From Bacteroidales bacterium (lineage in GTDB: Bacteria; Bacteroidota; Bacteroidia; Bacteroidales; FEN-979): a DNA stretch of 64,000 nt. The notes below the pieces were generated by a model. The model did no database searches. It was not told where the DNA came from and worked only from the letters and a program-made list of their open reading frames with translations. This document shows positions 59,370 through 64,000 of the stretch, one piece after another. Position 1 is the first letter of the stretch, and each line of letters begins with the position of its first letter. Position numbers and translations under genes: made by a program. The stretch covers positions 3,157,670 through 3,221,669 of the forward strand of contig OY759717.1 in NCBI GenBank assembly GCA_963662525.1, written 5' to 3'.

Positions 59370-59379
59370 GCCCATAGCC

Positions 59380-61254
59380 ATGACTATGGAAAGCATACCC
59401 CTTCTCCGGATTACTCACGACCTCTGTATCAAATGCTATTCCTGTGTGCGCATATGTCCGGTAAAGGCCATCCGGGTAGATGTTAAAACAGAACTTCCTT
59501 CCATTATACCAGAACGATGTATCGGTTGCGGCAGTTGCTACAGAGCCTGTTCACCTTCAGCCATTTTCTATCGTAGCTCCATTGAAGATACCAAAGCATT
59601 ACTTGCTTCAGGAAAACCCATTGCAGCCATTTGTGATCCCACTATTTCCGGCGAATTTCGCGATATTACAGATTACCGCAAATTTGTTGAAATGATCAAA
59701 CAACTTGGTTTTGCTTATGTCAGTGAAGTTTCATTCGGCGTTGATCTTGTTGCAAGAAAGTACAAAGAGCTTTTCGATAATTTCAAAGGAAAATTCCATA
59801 TCAGTGCCAATTGTCCTGCATTAGTTTTCTTTATTGAAAAATTTTATCCTCACTTGATTCCCAACCTCGTTCCTGTCGTTTCCCCCATGGCCGCTACCGC
59901 AAAAGTGTTGCGACACAAGTATGGAGAGGATCTGGGAATTGTTTTTATCGGCCCTTGCATAGCGACAAAAAATGAAGCCCTGACCTATTCCGGTGATGCA
60001 AAAATAGATTCCGTCCTGACTTTTGTTGAACTTAGGGAATTATTTACTCAACTTAATATCCGGGAAAGCCAGGTTGAATTTGCCGAATTTGATCCTCCAC
60101 TTGGTTATAAAGGTTCCTTGTATCCGATTAGTAACGGGATTATTCAGTCGGTGGATATCAACGAAGATTTGCTCACAGGGAACGTTATTACTACGGAGGG
60201 AAAAAATAATATGGTCGATGCCGTGAAAGAATTTGATTCCCGTATCGACATGATCAAACGACATTTTAATATTTTTTATGATGAGGGCTGCCTGATGGGA
60301 CCAGGAACCTCTCCCGCAGGAGAGAAATTCCTGCGCATGACGCTTGTGACAGATTATGCCAATAAACGTCTTGGATCCTTTGATAAAAAAAACTGGAATG
60401 CCGATATTGCTTCTTTCGCTAGTCTCGATCTTTCACGGCAATTTATTCCTGACGACCAGAGGTTACAGGTACCCTCAGATGAAAAGATTGAGGAAGTTTT
60501 AAAGATGATCAACAGGGAAGGTCAACTTCACAATGAAATTGGTTGCGAAGCTTGTGGGTACACCAATTGCAGAGAACTGGCTGTTGCTATTGCCCAGGGA
60601 CTCGCAACTACCGAAATGTGTCATGTTTTCAGTGGCCGGAACCGGCAAGAGTATATTCAGACTTTGCGATCAACCAACGAAAAACTGGCCAAAACAAAAG
60701 CTGCCCTGAAAGAGTCGGAAGAAAAAGCGAAACAAGAGCAGGAAACTCAGAAAGAATCATCGGAAATCATCTCTTCGATGTTGCAGAAACTGGTTTCGGG
60801 AGTTGTCATCGTGGATGAACATCTGAGAATTATTCAGTCAAATAAAGCCTTTATCCGTATCCTAGGGGAGGAAGCTTCCCTGGTGGATGAAGTGATCCCC
60901 GGTTTGGTGGGAGCTAACCTGAAATCCTTACTTCCGGTTCCTTTTTATAAAATGTTCTCCTATGTGCTTTCTTCCGATGAAAATATTGAAAATAAAGATG
61001 TGAATTACCAGGAAAATAAATTAAGCGTTTCCATATTTCCTATCCGGAGTCAGAAATTTGTTGGTGCAATACTCAGGGATATGTATGTCCCTGAGGTCCG
61101 AAAGGAGCAAATTATCAACCGGCTTACTGAAGTGATTGATGAAAACTTCGATATGGTTCAGAAAATCGCTTACCTGCTTGGTGAAGGAGCTGCAAAAACT
61201 GAACAGATGCTCAATTCTATCATTGAATCTCACAGAAATCCTCAAAAAAAATAA
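59380..61254 (+). CDS. hydS: HydS-like sensory [FeFe]-hydrogenase paralog with C-terminal PAS domain
   Basis: Paralogous to 53073-55055: 2x[4Fe-4S] N-terminus, SANCPAL, GPCIATKNE, FYDEGCLMGPG, Cx2Cx4Cx16C (CEACGYTNC...EMC), coiled coil, and a PAS-like C-terminus (VVIVDEHLRIIQSNKAF...). Confidence 0.8.
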   Translation: MTMESIPLLRITHDLCIKCYSCVRICPVKAIRVDVKTELPSIIPERCIGCGSCYRACSPSAIFYRSSIEDTKALLASGKPIAAICDPTISGEFRDITDYRKFVEMIKQLGFAYVSEVSFGVDLVARKYKELFDNFKGKFHISANCPALVFFIEKFYPHLIPNLVPVVSPMAATAKVLRHKYGEDLGIVFIGPCIATKNEALTYSGDAKIDSVLTFVELRELFTQLNIRESQVEFAEFDPPLGYKGSLYPISNGIIQSVDINEDLLTGNVITTEGKNNMVDAVKEFDSRIDMIKRHFNIFYDEGCLMGPGTSPAGEKFLRMTLVTDYANKRLGSFDKKNWNADIASFASLDLSRQFIPDDQRLQVPSDEKIEEVLKMINREGQLHNEIGCEACGYTNCRELAVAIAQGLATTEMCHVFSGRNRQEYIQTLRSTNEKLAKTKAALKESEEKAKQEQETQKESSEIISSMLQKLVSGVVIVDEHLRIIQSNKAFIRILGEEASLVDEVIPGLVGANLKSLLPVPFYKMFSYVLSSDENIENKDVNYQENKLSVSIFPIRSQKFVGAILRDMYVPEVRKEQIINRLTEVIDENFDMVQKIAYLLGEGAAKTEQMLNSIIESHRNPQKK

Positions 61255-61272
61255 TTTACTGTTGAACCCCTG

Positions 61273-61310
61273 CCTGACGGCAGTCAGGATTTACGATTCT
61301 AGATTTTTTT
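61273..61310 (+). terminator. Weak hairpin followed by an ATTTACG-family repeat fragment and a T-run
   Basis: cctgac-ggca-gtcagg (6-bp stem), then gatttacgattctagattttttt. The T-run is not adjacent to the stem, so terminator function is doubtful. Confidence 0.25.
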
Positions 61311-61316
61311 GCTCCT

Positions 61317-62501
61317 ATGGATGAAAAGTTTTTTATCGAAGTGACCTGCCAACAGAAAAATCATGGTGAAGCAAGGATATGCGGCGATGTCTTTATTTCA
61401 CGTAGGATCAAGGAAGAAGGAAGGATCATTGTCGTTCTGTCAGATGGTATGGGGCATGGGATAAAAGCCAATATGCTGGGAACTCTTACGGCCACTCTGG
61501 CTGTTAATTTCACTCAGGAACATAAAAGTGTCCAGAAGATTACTGAGATAATCATGAATACTTTGCCGGTCGACAGTGTGAAACATATGAACTATTCCAC
61601 TTTTACTATTGTTGAGATAGATGTGGAAGGAGATGTACGTATTCTTGAATATGAGAATCCAAGAACACTTATTTTGAGCGGGGCCCGCCTGCATGAACCT
61701 CTTTGGAATTGCGTAGTTCTGGAAGGGGATAGACATGCCGGGAAGGAGGTTTTAACCTGTACATTCCGTCCCCAGAAGGAAGACCGCATCGTTTTTTGTT
61801 CTGATGGTGTTACTCAATCAGGTCTTGGAAGTGACAAATATCCTACCGGTTGGGGAATGATCAACCTGGAAAAATATGTTCTGGATACCATCCATGAAGA
61901 ACATGATATTTCTGCTGTAAAGCTGGCTACACAGGTTGTCAATAAAGCCAACCTGAATGATAATTTTCACCCCCTGGATGATATCAGCTGTGGGGTTATT
62001 TATTTCAGGGAACCTCGCAAATTGATGATATGTTCAGGTCCTCCCCAGAATCCGGAAAATGATATATTCTTTTGTGGTCTGTTGAAGCAATTCGAAGGAA
62101 AAAAAATAATTTCCGGGGCTACCACCGCAGATATGGTTGCGCGTGAATGGAATGAAACAATAAAGGATAGCAATGTGATACTTGACCCGGAATTGCCGCC
62201 TGTTTCGCATATGAATGGCATAGAGCTGATTACAGAAGGTATCCTTACCCTGAGCAAGGTCAGTGAATTATTGAAAAAATATAACCAGAATTACAAGCTG
62301 GGAAAAGGACCTGCTGATGAGATCGTTAAATTCATCTTGGAGTGTGATGAGATTCATTTTCTTGTCGGAACAAATATCAATACAGCGCATCAGGATCCAA
62401 CCTTGCCTGTCGAACTGGAACTCCGTCGCACCGTCGTCCACCGCATTACACGTACCCTGGAAGAAAAATTCCTGAAAGAAGTTACGATGAGGTTTTATTA
62501 A
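61317..62501 (+). CDS. PP2C/SpoIIE-family protein phosphatase with an uncharacterised C-terminal domain
   Basis: GDVF...VVLSDGMGHGIKANMLG...FCSDGVTQ are SpoIIE-type metal-binding motifs. I cannot assign the ~160-aa C-terminal extension to a family. Confidence 0.75.
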   Translation: MDEKFFIEVTCQQKNHGEARICGDVFISRRIKEEGRIIVVLSDGMGHGIKANMLGTLTATLAVNFTQEHKSVQKITEIIMNTLPVDSVKHMNYSTFTIVEIDVEGDVRILEYENPRTLILSGARLHEPLWNCVVLEGDRHAGKEVLTCTFRPQKEDRIVFCSDGVTQSGLGSDKYPTGWGMINLEKYVLDTIHEEHDISAVKLATQVVNKANLNDNFHPLDDISCGVIYFREPRKLMICSGPPQNPENDIFFCGLLKQFEGKKIISGATTADMVAREWNETIKDSNVILDPELPPVSHMNGIELITEGILTLSKVSELLKKYNQNYKLGKGPADEIVKFILECDEIHFLVGTNINTAHQDPTLPVELELRRTVVHRITRTLEEKFLKEVTMRFY

Positions 62502-62518
62502 TTAATAGTCAAGGATAT

Positions 62519-63583
62519 ATGCAAAAAAATAACATTCTTGTCGGCTTTTTTCTGCTGGGCATTATGGTATGCCATGGGCAGAACTATTTTAGAAGCGGTA
62601 TATTCCTGCATCATTCCACAGGAGCATGCATTTGGGGTCCAAATGGAAGCAGTACCAGTGTCCCCAATGAAATGGATGTCTATAATACGATCCATGGATA
62701 TACCGGTCCTCATGCAGTGACAATGAATGAGGAGTGGTGGGCACCCGGCGACAATGAATGGGCGACCCAGCATGCTTTCTTTGACGATCCCAGCCCGGTT
62801 TCAGGCATTGGATATTACCTGCCAGGGAATAAAATAATCGTTATTAAAACTTGTTTCCCGGCTTCAGCCATGAGTGGCGCAGGGCAGTCTTCCGATACGC
62901 TTAATCCTGGAATGAAAACTGTTTATAACTACAAGTGGCACTGGCGTCATATCGTCAGTGTAATGAACCAGCATCGTGAAAATTTCTTTGTCATCTGGAC
63001 AAATGCACCCCTGGAATCTGCTTCAACAAATGCTGCTGAAGCAGCGTTTTCTAAGTGGTTTTGCATTTGGGCCAAAGATACTCTTGCTACGGGCCTGGAT
63101 CCGGATTTTGGTGCTTTCCCTCCCAATGTTTACGTTTTTGATTTCTTCCGGAAGCTCACTGGCCCGGATGGGATAATGCGTTCAATATATGCAGCCGGAC
63201 CCGGCGATTCTCATCCGAATGCTGCGGCCACAGCACTGGTAGCTCCTCTGTTCGTTACTGAAATATTTAGTGCTTCAATTGCCTATGAAGCGACATCATC
63301 TATTCAACCTGGGGAAAATAACAAGGATAAAAAAATTTCCATATATCCTAATCCATGTCAGGATGAAACGTATATATGTTTTTCACTGCCTGATTTTCAA
63401 AAGGTGGATATATCCCTTTTCGACCAATCAGGGAAAATGCTTGCTAAGATTATCGATGGATATATCTCTAAAGGGACTCATATACATACAGTCGCTCTGG
63501 GAATGCTGAATCAAGGTGTTTACCGCCTTGTCTATACCCATGGTATGGTGGTTGAAACAGCTACTTTGGCCATTGTGAGGTAA
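62519..63583 (+). CDS. Secreted protein with T9SS C-terminal sorting domain
   Basis: Signal peptide plus C-terminal ISIYPNPCQDETYICFSL...GVYRLVYTHGMVVETATLAIVR. Confidence 0.7.
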   Translation: MQKNNILVGFFLLGIMVCHGQNYFRSGIFLHHSTGACIWGPNGSSTSVPNEMDVYNTIHGYTGPHAVTMNEEWWAPGDNEWATQHAFFDDPSPVSGIGYYLPGNKIIVIKTCFPASAMSGAGQSSDTLNPGMKTVYNYKWHWRHIVSVMNQHRENFFVIWTNAPLESASTNAAEAAFSKWFCIWAKDTLATGLDPDFGAFPPNVYVFDFFRKLTGPDGIMRSIYAAGPGDSHPNAAATALVAPLFVTEIFSASIAYEATSSIQPGENNKDKKISIYPNPCQDETYICFSLPDFQKVDISLFDQSGKMLAKIIDGYISKGTHIHTVALGMLNQGVYRLVYTHGMVVETATLAIVR

Positions 63584-63595
63584 TCCGGTAATCAT

Positions 63596-63632
63596 GAAAA
63601 AAGCCCGTAGGATTTTCACCCTACAGGCTTTG
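63596..63632. terminator. Probable bidirectional terminator hairpin
   Basis: aaaaaa-GCCCGTAGG-attttcac-CCTACAGGC-ttt: 8 of 9 positions pair, between convergent genes. Confidence 0.45.
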
Positions 63633-63659
63633 TCATTGAGTATTAACCAAAAAACAAAA

Positions 63660-64000
63660 CTAATTGCTGTACTCAGCAACAATATCCTGAACACCCTCTG
63701 GGGATACACGTCCATAAACTTTTTCGCCAACCAATACAACAGGTGCCAGGCCACAGGCACCAACACAACGAAGGCAGCTCAAGGAGAATTTTCCGTCAGA
63801 GGTAGTTTCGCCAACCTGGATCTTAAGCTGCCGCTTGAATTCTTCCAGTACCTTTTCAGCTCCCCGCACATAACAGGCCGTACCCAGGCAGATTGAAATG
63901 GGATGCTCTCCTTTTGGAGTCATGGTGAAAAATGAGTAAAAGGTAACCACCCCATAAACATGAGCAACAGAAACCTTTAATTCATTGGCGATAACTTCCT
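63660..64000 (-). CDS. Second NuoE/HydC-like [2Fe-2S] subunit (5'-truncated by window edge)
   Basis: The frame is open to base 64000 (..EVIANELKVSVAHVYGVVTFYSFF..). ICLGTACYVRG ... CLRCVGACGLAPV are 2Fe-2S ligands. Confidence 0.75.
   Translation of the reverse strand, partial: EVIANELKVSVAHVYGVVTFYSFFTMTPKGEHPISICLGTACYVRGAEKVLEEFKRQLKIQVGETTSDGKFSLSCLRCVGACGLAPVVLVGEKVYGRVSPEGVQDIVAEYSN

Overview
This is a gene-dense chromosomal segment that looks like an anaerobic Bacteroidota genome. I infer that from T9SS C-terminal sorting domains, TonB-dependent receptor and DUF1573/DUF3108 proteins, and recurrent TAnnTTTG -7 promoter boxes roughly 10-135 nt upstream of the starts I chose. MqnA, Rex and [FeFe] hydrogenases also fit. 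Most of the window is housekeeping: yidC, coaE, yajC, aroK, rlmD, ychF, rpsA, rnz, lplA, cca, miaA, uvrA, rplS, trmD, ribF and one tRNA-CAU. I saw no integrase, transposase, CRISPR array or recognisable defence system. Two things stand out. (1) At 50.8-62.5 kb a HydABC-type trimeric [FeFe] hydrogenase operon (hydC-hydB-hydA) is translationally coupled to a HydS-like sensory hydrogenase fused to a histidine kinase. That is followed by a stand-alone receiver, a receiver-histidine kinase and Rex. A second HydS-like paralog (PAS-linked) plus a PP2C/SpoIIE phosphatase is transcribed divergently. The shared control region carries a perfect 16-bp palindrome and a Rex-box-like site. The maturase gene hydE sits about 43 kb away, next to an orphan LytTR response regulator. 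(2) Families of 7-8 nt tandem repeats (CTCACCAA, GCATTCCT, GTGACAAA, ATTTACG, CTAATTC, TATCGCC and others) recur at many intercistronic and 3' junctions in either orientation. Two arrays lie in frame inside a coding region, and several supply the last codons of genes. Smaller observations are an IDH-like / degenerate-HD / fused aconitase-like operon, a coupled DUF1338 / hydrolase / YdiJ-like trio, an RNase Z that lacks the flexible arm, and an S1 protein with a repeat-encoded acidic N-terminal extension. All protein calls rest on reading the supplied translations by eye. No database search was run.
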